Positions 1 through 12,100 are shown, numbered from the stretch's first letter. The stretch: DNA of 64,000 nucleotides from Hormiphora californensis (GCA_020137815.1 CM035353.1:5022001-5086000), one strand, 5' to 3'. Translations and numbers: made by a program. Notes: generated by a model not told the origin, from the letters alone.

Positions 1-1432
1 GGCAAACTATTGAGATGTGCTAACTGAAAAAAGGATAACTTGATTTTCTCGTTTTTTGCGATTTTTTAACTTTTGAAAGAATTCTGATTGAAATGGCCAA
101 TCAGGGCCATGCTAAAGTTGTTTATGGGACAATTTTCGACCAAAATCCAAGATTTCATGCAAATCGAATGACAGATCATTGATTTATAGAAAGTTGAAAT
201 AGGCAAAAAAGGCCAATTTTTACCATGAAAACAATAATACACATTTTTTCTTGTCAATTTCCATCAATAACTGGTACCCTACCTATTTTTTGCACGTAGA
301 ATCGATTGCCGGTGGAGTGGATCCTCTTAAATGATTGGAAAGCGGTCGAAATGTCATTTTTTGGAAGTTTTTGGACCTCCAAAAAATGGCATTTTGACCG
401 CTTTTCCAATCATTTAAGAGGATCCACTCCACCGGCAATCGATTCTACGTGCAAAAAATAGGTAGGGTACCAGTTGTTGATGGAAATTGACAAGAAAAAC
501 TGTGTATTATTGTTTTCATGGTAAAAATTGGCCTTTTTTGCCTATTTCAACTTTCTATAAATCAATGATCTGTCATTCGATTTGCATGAAATCTTGGATT
601 TTGGTCGAAAATTGTCCCATAAACAACTTTAGCATGGCCCTGATTGGCCATTTCAATCAGAATTCTTTCAAAAGTTAAAAAATCGCAAAAAACGAGAAAA
701 TCAAGTTATCCTTTTTTCAGTTAGCACATCTCAATAGTTTGCCAAAATCTAACCATGAATCGGATATACATGAAATTTTGGGATCCCGTAGAAAAATGAC
801 CATTTTAACGATTGGCGCTATTGCCAACTTCCTATCTCAACGTTTTCAATGGTTAAAGGGCCAAAAACCTCAAAAAAATGACAAAATTCCCATATTTGAC
901 AATTTTCCGGTCATTTTAGAGATTTCTCTCCACCGGCAATCGATTCCTCGTGCAAAAATAGGTCTTGTATACTTACTTTATGTCAATCAGATATTTCATC
1001 AAACGGCAGTCAAGTAAGTTATGCACAAATTTGGACCAAAAACCAGTTTTTTCGATTTTGACAAAAATTTCCCCCGATAACATATACTTTTCTCACCGTG
1101 GGGATGTTCAGGAAGGCCTCCTGGGTCACCCCCAACAAAAGTTTGTTTTGTGGGCTCAACTTTGGATTGACGATCCTTCTGGTGCACCGTGTCCAAAGTT
1201 ACCCCATGCCCTAAAACCCCACTTACACTAAAATACACGTTAATTAATGTAATTAAATGAGAGGGGACCAAAAATTTCACTAGTTATATCTGGTGTACTA
1301 GGTGAGGTCTGGAACGGATTATTTGGTTCAAAAATTTTCGAGTGTGGTTCTGGCAAGGAGTTATTTTAGGAGAATGCTAAAAAGTGGTACAAAGTTACCC
1401 CAAAGTTACCCCAAAGTTACCCCAACTTACGG
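1..1432. mobile_element. Large foldback/TIR non-autonomous DNA element (pogo/Tc1-mariner-type ends); left end outside the window
   Basis: 1-~365 is the near-perfect reverse complement of ~378-743 (centre ~371). The right end ...CAAAGTTACCCCAACTTACGG|TA at 1432 is the reverse complement of the left end of the element at 34534, with ~240 bp shared. Confidence 0.8.
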
Positions 1433-1618
1433 TAACCACTAAAAATAAACAAGCAATCAAGAGTTTCATAATGCTATGTTTCCCCGTCAACCTTTATTTT
1501 CATAACCATCTAATGTGAAGGCGGGACAATGGACAGACATTTCTAAATTTATTTGTCACTAAAACTGTTTAGAACAAATCGTTGTGTTTTAGTAGCACTA
1601 AGTTGCAGTCACATTGCA

Positions 1619-2195
1619 GGTTAGCGGTAAATCCTCACTCGGCCGGTTCCTCACATTTTTGGACGCTTTTGGCCATAACTCAGCCATTTCTTGAACAATT
1701 TGCAAAATCTTGGGCTCATTGGAAAGAGGACATTGAGATCTTTCAAATGATCTTAAAAAATGAAAATCGGCGCAAATGCGCGGCGTGGTGGCTCATAAGG
1801 AACCATAATAAAGTTCAAGAGAGCGCACCACAATCAAGAGAGACCAAAATCAAGAGCGCACCACAATCAAGAGAGACCAAATCAAGAGCGCACACAATCA
1901 AGAGAGACCAAATCAAGAGCGACCCTCATCAAGTGAGCTCCCTATCCAAAAGATACCAGATGTGGTGCGCTCTTGAATTTGGTCTCTCTTAATTGTGATG
2001 TGCTCTTGACTTTGTCTCTCTTGATTTTGGTGCGCTCTTGGAGGCTCTTGAACTTTATATGGTTCCTTATTTATTTAAAAGATCTCAATGTCCTCTTCCA
2101 ATGAGCCCAAGATTTTGCAAATTGGTCAAGAAATGGCTGAGTTATGGTCAAAAATGTCAAAAAATGTGAAGAACCGAGTGAGTATTTACCGCTTC
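1619..2195. mobile_element. Palindromic MITE related to the MULE-type family at 27986 and 51208
   Basis: Arms GCGGTAAAT...CATAACTCAGCCATTTCTTGA...GGAAAGAGGACATTGAGATC and their reverse complement; internal AATCAAGAGAGACCAA/AATCAAGAGCGCACCAC subrepeats in both orientations; TSD not clear. Confidence 0.75.
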
Positions 2196-2961
2196 GACTT
2201 CGGCTTAGTCTTACCCACATTGCACGCCACATTGCACGCTACATTGCGGCATTGCGCGCCACACATTTCCTGTTTGTTTTTGTGTGAACGGCTCTAGTAA
2301 CGGCTCGGGTGAATAAATTTACCACAAATTTTCAAACTTAAACTAAACTAAATTTTACCTGTTAGCAAAGAGAATTGATTATGAATTTAATTCTCCTACC
2401 AGCTGATATATGAGCGTTCTCAGTATCAATGATTAGTTGCGGTGTGCTCTGATCCCAAAATAAAAGTAAAAAGCATCAAATATTTGTTACGTGATATATT
2501 TGACGAACCTGTGAGAACAACTGTTCCACACAAGGCAGCTCTAAAGAGAATGAGACGTATTATTTTCCACACTGACATTTAGCTTAATAAAAGAGGGTGT
2601 AAATAAACTGCTATTACGGTACACACTATGTATGGTACAAATAAAATGTCTAAGATTTATATTGCAAAACCTGCATCGAGTTGGCAGGTCTCTACAATCA
2701 GCCTGTTTTTAGATACATGGAATTTCTATCTTTCACAAAAGCTGGTTTCACAAAACAAGCTCTGTACACTACATCATTGGCAGGAAAGCTTTATACATAC
2801 ATATTCCCAGAATTTCATGCTTCTCAAAAATGTGGTCCTGAGGTCAAAAATACCTAAAAAAAATCGATATTTCGCAACTTGTAAAATCGGCTGTAGCAAA
2901 GCCAAAAATATGAATCCTTGCTATCCTTGCATATTTGGCAGGTGAGTAGAACTTCGCTCCT

Positions 2962-3080
2962 AATAAAAGGCTGCAATAAAAGGCTGCAGAAAAAGGCTGC
3001 AATAAAAGGCTGCAATAAAAGGCTGCAATAAAGGCTGCAGAAAAAGGCTGCAATAAAAGGCTGCAATAAAAGGCTGCAAT
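2962..3080. repeat. 13-bp tandem repeat (AATAAAAGGCTGC)n, about 9 copies
   Basis: Read directly from the sequence. Confidence 0.9.
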
Positions 3081-3253
3081 GGATCACATATCCAACTGGA
3101 CTAAAGCCTAAAAGCAGGAGATAGACCGAATCGTCCTCCCCTAATAGTTTTGTTTCACGTATCGGTTTCTACCATAACGGTAGAGGAGACGAATCACCGC
3201 CCCTAATTATAGTGATTCGTGCCTGGTATCCAACTAAACCATAGGGTAGATAG

Positions 3254-3353
3254 NNNNNNNNNNNNNNNNNNNNNNNNNNNNNNNNNNNNNNNNNNNNNNN
3301 NNNNNNNNNNNNNNNNNNNNNNNNNNNNNNNNNNNNNNNNNNNNNNNNNNNNN
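3254..3353. other. Scaffold gap (100 N)
   Basis: Run of N. Confidence 1.
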
Positions 3354-3682
3354 CCCCCCCTGGGTGGCGCGCGAGTTTTTATTTGCGCGTCGGAAACGTG
3401 TCGTAGACTTGTTTTGGCTCTCACGCCTTTGTTTCTTGACCAATTTCGTCAAACAAAAGTTTTACGGACTCACAAAATTATGCTCTTTCCGGTGATATGC
3501 GGTTTTATGCCGTAAAGTGAGAGCAAGTGGGGGCTGTCATGCGCAAATATAACGCCGCGCGTGAAAAGGGGGGGGGGTGACAACTTCAAAAAATCCGACT
3601 TTAATCTTAAAATTAGATCCTCAGTATACACAATAATCTGCCATATTTAGCAATATCTATCTGCTATCTAACTCCGCCACAG

Positions 3683-3848
3683 ATACAACGACGCCAAGTT
3701 GAGTATAACGGACCGGGCCCGACTCATGAGACAAGTCCAGCTGACCTTAGAGGGAGACATGCAGTTGTTGTGTGTAACTGGGGTAGAGGACAAGTTACAA
3801 CCTGAGGTCCGGACCACCCTGGAGTTGCTAGCTAATGCAGGAATCAAG
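3683..3848 (+). CDS. ATP9B: P4-ATPase ATP9A/B-like exon, second (inverted) copy: YNDAKLS...[28 protein letters not shown]
   Basis: cag| acceptor at 3681-82 and |gtgagg donor at 3849; TGVEDKLQ...AGIK P-type ATPase P-domain motif; same peptide as the minus-strand exon 57006-57171. Confidence 0.85.
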
Positions 3849-3915
3849 GTGAGGTTTGTTAGAGCTCTTGAGTTTCAGGTGTTATTTGTATGATATCCAC
3901 CCTCCCCCCCCCCCC

Positions 3916-6001
3916 GGTATTTGTCTCTGTCAACTATCTCCCCACCCCCACCACTTAGTATTTGAACCCCGCTGTCTCTTACATGTTTACAATCCATCCC
4001 CCGGTGTTTGTCTCCCTATCCCCTCTCCATCCCCAGGTATTTGTCTCTGTCAACTATCTCCCCATCCCCAGGTATTTGTCTCTGTCAACTATCTCCCCAT
4101 CCCCTCCCCATCCCACGGTATTTGTCTCTGTCAACTATCTCCCCATCCCCCCCCCCCGTTATTTGTCTCTGTTAACTATCTCCCCATCCCTCGGTATTTG
4201 TCTCTGTTAACTATCTCCCCATCCCCTCCCCATCCCTAGGTATTTGTCTCTGTTACTATCTCCCCATCCCCAGGTATTTGTCTCTGTTACTAACTCCCCA
4301 TCCCCCAGGTATTTGTCTCTGTTAACTATCTCCCCATCCCCACCCCATCCCTAGGTATTTGTCTCTATTAACTATCTCCCCATCCCCAGGTATTTGTCTC
4401 TGTTAACTATCTCCCCATCCCCAGGTATTTGTCTCTGTTAAATATCTCCCCATCCCCACCCCATCCCCAGGTATTTGTCTCTGTTAACTATCTCCCCATC
4501 CCCAGGTATTTGTCTCTGTTAACTATCTCCCCATCCCCAGGTATTTGTCTCTGTTACTAACTCCCCATCCCCCAGGTATTTGTCTCTGTCATTCCAACTA
4601 ATCTCAACACATCCCCCCCCCCCGGTATTTTGTCTCTGTTAACTATCTCCCCCACCCCCCAACCCACCCACAACCTCCTCCCGGTATTTGTCCTCTGTTA
4701 TAACATATCTCCAACACACCCCCGCACACTCACCCCAGGTATTGTCTCTGTTAACTAATCTCCCCATCCCTAGGTATTTGTCTCTGTAACCTTCTCTCCC
4801 ATCTCCCCTCCCCATCCCCAGGTATTTGTCTCTGTTAACTATCTCCCCATCCCCAGGTATTTGTCTCTGCCAACTATCTCCCCATCCCCAGGTATTTGTC
4901 TCTGTTAACTATCTCCCCATCCCCTCCCCATCCCCAGGTATTTGTCTCTGTCAACTATCTCCCCATCCCCAGGTATTTGTCTCTGTTAACTATTTCCCCA
5001 TCCCTAGGTATTTGTCTCTGTCAACTATCTCCCCATCCCCAGGTATTTGTCTCTGTTAACTATTTCCCCATCCCTAGGTATTTGTCTCTGTTAACTATTT
5101 CCCCATCCCCAGGTATTTGTCTCTGTTAACTATCTCCCCATCCCCAGGTATTTGTCTCTGTTAACTATCTCCCCATCCCCAGGTATTTGTCTCTGTTAAC
5201 TATCTCCCCATCCCCTCCCCATCCCCAGGTATTTGTCTCTGTTAACTATCTCCCCATCCCCCCGGTATTTATCTCTGTTAACTATCTCCCCATCCCTAGG
5301 TATTTGTCTCTGTCAACTATCTCCCCATCCCCCCCCCCCCCCCGGTATTTGTCTCTGTTAACTATCTCCCCATCCCTAGGTATCTGTCTCTGTTAACTAT
5401 CTCCCCATCCCTAGGTATTTGTCTCTGTCAACTATCTCCCCATCCCCCCCCCCCCCCCCGGTATTTGTCTCTGTTTACTATCTCCCCATCCCCAGGTATA
5501 TTTGTCTCTGTCAATTATCTCCCCATCCCCTCCCCATCCCCAGGTATTTGTCTCTGTTAACTATCTCCCCATCCCCTCTCCATCCCCCGGTATTTGTCTC
5601 TGTTAACTATCTCCCCATCCCCCCCCCCCCCCCCCCGGTATTTGTCTCTGTTAACTATCTCCCCATCCCCAGGTATTTGTCTCTGTTAACTATCTCCCCA
5701 TCCCCAGGTATTTGTCTCTGTTAACTATCTCCCCATCCCCTCCCCATCCCCAGGTATTTGTCTCTGTTAACTATCTCCCCATCCCCCCGGTATTTGTCTC
5801 TGTTAACTATCTCCCCATCCCCAGGTATTTGTCTCTGTTAACTATCTCCCCATCCCCAGGTATTTGTCTCTGTTAACTATCTCTCCATCCCCCGGTATTT
5901 GTCTTTGTTAACTATCTCCCCATCCCCCGGTATTTGTCTCTGTTAAATATCTCCCCATCCCCAGGTATTTGTCTCTGTTAACCATCTCCCCATCTCCCCA
6001 G
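3916..6001 (+). repeat. Intronic 35-bp minisatellite (GTATTTGTCTCTGTTAACTATCTCCCCATCCCCAG)n, roughly 55 copies
   Basis: Period 35 measured at 4386 to 4421; the array ends exactly at the acceptor of the VWM(LTGDK) exon at 6002. Confidence 0.95.
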
Positions 6002-6110
6002 GTATGGATGGGAAAATTTGGGAACAAAAAAGAAATTTTTGGAGACGCCCACAACCCCAAACCCAAAAAAGGCAATCAGGTTCTGCCTCCCGGAAAGCCC
6101 ATAATTTTAA
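6002..6110 (+). CDS. ATP9B: ATP9-like exon starting VWM (expected VWMLTGDK); sequence garbled after three codons, end approximate
   Basis: ccccag|GTA TGG ATG is in phase with the preceding AGIK exon; the following bases are homopolymer-rich low-quality sequence. Confidence 0.45.
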
Positions 6111-6409
6111 AACCCTTTACAATCCAGGAGCAGGTACCCAAAACAATGACGGCTGAAAACACTTCAGAAAGCACAAGTAATTTTATGATAATAATCCCGT
6201 TACATAAGCATGTAGTTTACACCCAAACAATGACGGGGTACTACTACCTTTTTGCGAAAAGCTTCGGTATATGGGGATTAACTATGAATGATTTGGAGCA
6301 GAGCAAGATTGTGGGTAAGAACTTCCTGGACCGGTATTCGGGTACCATGTAATTTCCGAGATAATTAGATTAAAATCCCTCCTTCCTATCATCGCTCCTT
6401 CTATTCCTC

Positions 6410-6487
6410 TCTCGCTCCTCTCTCTTCTCTCTTACTCTCTCCTCTCTCACCTTCTTCTCTTCTCTCTTCTCTTATCCTTTCTTCTCT

Positions 6488-6557
<70 letters not shown>

Positions 6558-6560
6558 TAT
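6410..6560. repeat. (CT)n microsatellite / pyrimidine tract
   Basis: Read directly. Confidence 0.9.
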
Positions 6561-6625
6561 CTTTCTCAACTATCGTGCGTTTGAAAAGCTGCTGTCTCTT
6601 ATCTCTGTGCTGAAAAGTGACCGTT

Positions 6626-7630
6626 ATGTCGGACTCAGAGGAATCTGAGACTGAGTCTATCCAGGACATTATTGACGAGATTCTTGAAATGGCTGGTGTT
6701 TTGTCAACTGCATGTGGTGGTAGTGTGTTGCACCAGTATGATATTGTTTACAAATTGGAGCGTGGTCACCGTATTTACGGAGTTGGAGAATATGAGGGTA
6801 TCAAGAATCAGCCTTCTAACGTTCTGTTTGGTTATACATCGACCATGTCTCAGCTATTAGTCAAGAAATGTTTGCCTGTGCTGATTGATGCTGCTAAGAG
6901 GGAGCGTGACGAGCTGAATGCCAAGGATTCCAGTGAGCTGGAGGATGAAGAGGAAGGAGCGGTTAGTGGTGCTGCGGAAGGGGAAACAGAGGACACGGAC
7001 GTTGTGCGTGGACTGGAGAAGGAGCTGCGTGAGTGCCAAAAAGAGGTGATCCAGCTTCAGAAGAAGATTATCCAGCTACAGGATGAGGATATCAGTACAG
7101 CCCGTGCAGTGACTGAAACAGTTCAACGTGAAATGAAATCCTGGTCAGCCGTTGTGTCCAGTAATTGTGCTGCAGCAGTTGCGCCCTCCAAGTTGCAAGC
7201 TGTGATACAAAGGACTGTTTCTCCGGTTCGTGATGCTGTCGAAGATACTGATAGGAACAAGAATCTTCTTATCTTTAACCTTGAGGAGGCTGTGGACGAG
7301 GAGAGCCCTGATGCTGCAGTGACTGGAATTATGGAGGAGCTACACGAGAAGTTCTCTTTTACAGAATGCAGGCGTCTTGGAACAAGAACTGAAGGTAAAG
7401 CCCGGCCAGTTATCGCCAAATTAGCTTCTCATGATAGTCTGTTAGTGCTACTGAGGAAAGCTAAGGACTTGAAAAAATCGCCGTTGTTTAGCAAGGTGTT
7501 TTTGGGTCCTGATCGTACGATAGAGGAGCGAGCAGAAAGACGTAGAACTCTTGAGACATTACAGAAACTGAGAGCTGAGAACCCATCGAGACAATATGTG
7601 TTGAGAAAGGGAGTCATTGAGTGTGTATGA
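6626..7630 (+). mobile_element. Intact LINE (CR1/L2-group) ORF1-like protein, 334 aa, coiled coil plus RRM-like domain; no ORF2 follows
   Basis: Motifs RNKNLLIFNLEE, RRLG...RPVIAKL, KVFLGPDRTIEER typical of non-LTR ORF1p; heptad region LEKELRECQKEVIQLQKKIIQLQ. Confidence 0.8.
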
Positions 7631-8002
7631 ATTCTTCACATCATACCATTCAACCATATTCACGATCATTTTCATCCCCTCATATCTTCAAATTCTCTGT
7701 CCCACAAGCTTGTGGAGATTCTTTGTTACCCATTTCACATGTTTTCCACTGTTAACTCGAATCTCTTCGCACGGGACTGGGTCATAGATATTTTACATGT
7801 ATGTTTGACATTGTGTATTCTGTATTTATGCCCAACTTGAAATATTTTTCCAACCAAACCCAACAAATCCCTCTCCTTTCCCTCTAACCTCCTCTCCTCT
7901 TACCCTAATTCTTTCCCGCCTTCCTTCCTCTTCTCTCTCTCTATCTCCTCCCCTTTTCCTCTTACTTCCTCTTTTCCTCTTCTCTCTCTCTCTCCCTTCC
8001 AG

Positions 8003-8116
8003 AGCTTGCGATGATGTCTCCAGCAGTGGTGGTGTGTCGATGTAGCCCCACTCAAAAAGCAGCGATTGTGAGTCTGATTAAGAAACATGGAGGGAACAAG
8101 CCAGTCGCTGCAATCG
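8003..8116 (+). CDS. ATP9B: ATP9-like exon (ELAMMSPAVVVCRCSPTQKAAIVSLIKKHGGNKPVAAIG), inverted copy
   Basis: ttccag| acceptor and G|gtaaga donor; CRCSPTQK P4-ATPase motif; phase matches the G|GT GAT (GDGGND) exon at 50799. Confidence 0.85.
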
Positions 8117-9124
8117 GTAAGACAATACTTGATCGTTTGTTGAAGATGCAATCGGTAATATACTATTTGTTCTCTCTTTTTTCTGGTGTTTACCTATCAC
8201 TCAAGCCTCTGTTTCCCTCTTCACTACATGCTCTGACTCAGCAGAGAATAGATATTGTTTGATATTGAAAGTTTACCCGTGATAGTCATATCCAGAATAA
8301 AGAGAAATTCAGAGAAAACCCGACTATTTACACACCCCACATGTGTGTGTGTCACACGGCAGGACGTCTGTTACAGACAACAACTGGGAGTTGCGCGCGA
8401 ACGACACACACCAAAGTTACTATGAAAGGACGCGCGTTTTCGCGCAGAAGTACACTCTGGTATACATCTCAATGTACACTCAATGTATAACACGAAACCC
8501 GGGTATGAGTCCCTTTCTCTTTACGGGGAAAATAAATTAATGTGTGTGCCCCTAAACCGGATACAAATCGGGTATTGCCACAGGGTAACCACAAGTCGAG
8601 CCATTCCGCGACAGATCATCACACGTATCACGGGAGACCTTTCCCACTCCCTCAACCAATTACTTTTAGGGATGGAGAAACTCCACACACATCCACTGAG
8701 TATACAGAGAAAGACAAAACGAAAGTCCAATCATAAAGGAAATGTAATGCATCCATAAACTCAATTAAAACAGCCAAAAGACTCCGAAATACATGTATCG
8801 GCAAAAACTTCATTAATAATGGGATTGTCATAGAGTAGAATCCATCCACAAATGCTTGTTTTTAAAACACACTCTATTCCCGTATGAGTCTTTAGAATAG
8901 TCCTAACTTACTAACACAGCGCTTGCTACTGTATTTAACCGCTTGGACTCATTTCCTAGGAAATGCCAAAGTTCTATCTGCGCTTGGTGTCTGCAACAGC
9001 ACTTTCCACGCATCTGCAGCAGGAACCCGACACTAAAACAAGTAACCGACAATCAGACTCGTTATCATCGTGTAATCATGGCGTAATCGTCCAGTTGGCT
9101 AGCGTATGTTGGCTACCTTCTCAG

Positions 9125-9631
9125 TAGAACTTCGACAGAATTTAGGGTAGGTCTGAATTTAGAGTAGGTCTGAATTTAGGGTAGGTCTGAATTTAGGGTA
9201 GGTCTGAATTTAGGGTAGGTCCGTAACGTATCGTTTATCAAATCATTGCAATTCGAGATTAGGTCCTATATCTCGTATTAACTCATTGCAATTCGAGGTT
9301 GGACACAAATTAGGTCACTGAACCACACCCCGTATCTCGTATCAACTCATTGAAATTCGAGGTTAGACACAGATTAGGTCACTGCAACTGAACCACTTCC
9401 CCGTATCTCGTATCAAATCATTGAAGTTCCATCTTAATCATCCATTACGTCGGTAGACGGTGGTCGGTGAACTGTGTTCCGTACATCACAATATCAAATA
9501 AAATTAACTTTATCGGCCTGAAATTAAAAGTGGTGCACCCATCTTTATTCTCGAATTGCAATGTTTTGATAAACGATACGTTACAGACCTACCCTAGATT
9601 CAGACCTACCCTAAATTCTGTCGAAGTTCCA
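9125..9631. mobile_element. MITE with TIR GAACTTCGACAGAATTTAGGGTAGG and subterminal 17-bp repeats
   Basis: Ends are reverse complements; GAATTTAGGGTAGGTCT occurs x5 on the left and x2 on the right. Confidence 0.8.
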
Positions 9632-9794
9632 GAGTTATAAAACATTTTTTGCGAAGGCCGGGGTACCGGTTCAAATAGAAAATATGTCAGTTATAAAACA
9701 TTGAAGTTGATGTAACTGAACAACTGATAAATACAACTTTTATTGTCTTCTCTTTTGTAATTCGAGACTCTTTTAGCAAGGAATTTCTTTCATT

Positions 9795-10345
9795 TATAGG
9801 TGTTCATTTAGCTCCATTCGGGTACCAACATGATTACATATAATGTCCTTTTCCGGGCACTTTACATACCTATTCTTACAAGTCAAATAATCGGTGGTGT
9901 CGTTAAACCGGTTCTCCGCAATTGCTCTCACGCATCAGCGGTAGCATGTTGGCTACTTTCTCGAAAAAGAGATTTCTTATCTTTCCCATATGGGGGCCCT
10001 GCATGCCGGGCACACCTCCTTCATAAGCTGCTCCTTGCATCCATTGCAAATGACGTGTCCTTCCGCCTTCCGGGCATTGGTTTACCGGGGGTCGAACCAT
10101 ATACAATATATACAGGTGCCGTCCGCTCCCGGGATACTAGTTGGGTTAACCACTGAATTCATCATGTCGACCCCTTCTATAAGTTGTTCCCTCCACCTCC
10201 TTGCAGGGAGTTCATTTAGCCTAAATGTCCTTCAGGGCATTGGTTTACCGGGGGTCGAACCATACAATGACATACGGGACATTTCAATAATTGTCGTAGT
10301 TCCTCCTCTTTGGTTGGTGAGGGTTGTTCAGGCATGCTGCTACAC
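9795..10345 (-). pseudogene. Frameshifted intronless SINA/SIAH-like E3 ligase remnants (two RING segments plus a zinc-finger-like tail)
   Basis: Joined frames read LKCPVCHCMVRPPVNQCPEGH and HVICNGCKEQLMKEVCPACRAP-MGKIRNLFFEKVANML, versus SIAH1 CPVC..VLPPILQCQSGHLVC..C...CPTCRGPLGSIRNLAMEKVANS. Confidence 0.75.
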
Positions 10346-10357
10346 TGGGAAGCACTA

Positions 10358-10529
10358 CAGTCGGACCCCGATTTAGGGACACCCTCGGGGGAAAGGCTCT
10401 TGTCCACTAAATCGGGGTGTCCACTAAATCGGGGTCAAATAAGGTTAAATTCCTATATCGGGGGGAAAAAATCCTGTCCCTAAATCGGGGTGCCACTAAA
10501 TCGGGGGTCCCTAAATCGGGGTCCGACTG
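10358..10529. mobile_element. Tc1/pogo-type MITE (CAGTCGGACCCCGA TIR, TA TSD)
   Basis: TA|CAGTCGGACCCCGATTTAG...CTAAATCGGGGTCCGACTG|TA; empty site gcacTAattaagtaatacgg in the paralog at ~13744. Confidence 0.9.
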
Positions 10530-11334
10530 TAATTAAGTAATACGGTCTACATTCGGTATAAGAATAAATCGCAATGGAGATATCTCTCCCCTACTTCTCC
10601 AGCTTGATCCAGGAGGACACACCTCCTCCTCATCAACCACTGACTCCTGGCGTAAGGGAGGACTTAGCGGCACCTCCCTGCATTTCAGGTCAGAATACCA
10701 ATAGGCAGCAAACTCATCCTTACTGCCATCTTTGTTAAACCGCCAGTCACCACTGTCTTCGTCGCTGCTGAAAAAAATTACAACATTATGAATGGACAAC
10801 ATCTCAAATATGATATTATTCCATAGTACATCTAAAAAGTTTTCGATCTTACCTTTTTTCATCTAAAGATGAATGTGACCTCCGTGGGCCAGATCGGTAT
10901 TTTCTGAAGGCATGGTATGGTCACCGCCTCTTCTATGTGATTTTCTTCGTTAACAGGATCAATACAATATCAGTATCACCTGGAGTTGAACTTGCATCAA
11001 CAGTGCAATTTCTACAAAGGACTTGAATAATATTGTTTTTAAAGGAACATGAATGATGCAATGCAACTATCACACGAGCAAACTCTGTGTATATTTACTG
11101 TGTCCGAAATTGTCCTTTTAAATGAATGACTGTTACTTCATCCCCGTGTCCTGTCTTGAATAGCTGTGAATCGTATCAGACTCCGGAATTTCATCACACA
11201 CCGGTCGTGGTCCCATCGCTAATCTGTGGTGGATTAGGGGATACCAGTTAAACTATTTTATTTGTTATATAATTTATGGGCCACTGGTATCTTTCCCGAG
11301 GAGCGGAGGGGTTGGTGGGGGAGTCACCCTTGTT

Positions 11335-12100
11335 CTAGGGGTGACGTCGCCCCGGCCTCAAGGGCTGCAGGAGGTGCTGCACCTCTTGGCGTTGCCGATC
11401 TCGTTCCTCTTTCTGTCTCTCCTCGCACTTCAGGAGCGCCGCCAGCTTCTCTTCGTGCAACCTCCTTACCGTATCGTACTCCGCTCTCCTGATTTCCGTC
11501 TCCAGCTGCAGCTCCTCTACCCTGTTGTAATGCCTGGGGGTCAAGGGTGGTGGCTGCATGTACAGGGGAGCTGGACCCGTCCTGGATGGTGACGCAAAGT
11601 TCGGGACAGGTAGATCCGTCCCTGGGGTGGTGTCCATGGGGGTTGAGGAGGAAGGCGAAACTGTCTCCTGGAGCGGTGCGGGAGGGGCCTTCACTAGTTC
11701 AGCTGCGGTGGTGGTTGGTGGGGTAGTCGTGGTGTCAGGAGCTGTCGTCTGGTCCGGAGCTGTGACGGGCTCAATTACAGGTGAATCTGTAACTGGTTCC
11801 GGGATTGGGGTCGGAGGGGCGGTAGAGGTGGGAGGGTGGAGAAGGTATATACTGTTACCTGAATTGATGTTGGACGGAGGACCGCTCCGGAAGTCCTCTA
11901 GGTCCTCCGCGGTCGGTTGACTGGTGACCGATTCACCCTTGCGGAAGGCTTTCTTCCACTTTCCCTAGTTGGACGGCCATGGCGACTCATCCTCAGCTCC
12001 GGCTTCCACGGCCTCCACCAAGTGGAGTGTTTCCATGTCGAGTTGGAGAGTCCTCCTGAGGTTCTATCCCCGTTTTCCGGCCCACTTCAGTCCCCTCCCG
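11335..12100 (-). other. Pro/Thr-rich plus coiled-coil ORF remnant of unknown, probably retroelement, origin
   Basis: Open frames 11335-11694 and upstream; low-complexity PTAPP/TTAP segments and an E/R-rich heptad stretch; no diagnostic motif. Confidence 0.35.

Noticed and set aside
66-678. Two near-identical 63-aa ORFs on opposite strands
   Set aside because: They are the mirror arms of a foldback element, with no protein motif.
3856-5990. ORFs such as SPHPQVFVSVNYLPIP and LSLLTISPSPGICLC
   Set aside because: They are translations of the 35-bp intronic minisatellite.
9138-9222. Telomere-like TTTAGGG/TTAGGG runs
   Set aside because: Part of a 17-bp subterminal repeat of a MITE, mirrored at its other end.
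10600-11230. Possible Sola-type transposase C-terminus (IPESDTIHS...RVCSCDSC...FAAYWY)
   Set aside because: It is on the minus strand and consistent with the block, but too broken to call without a profile search.
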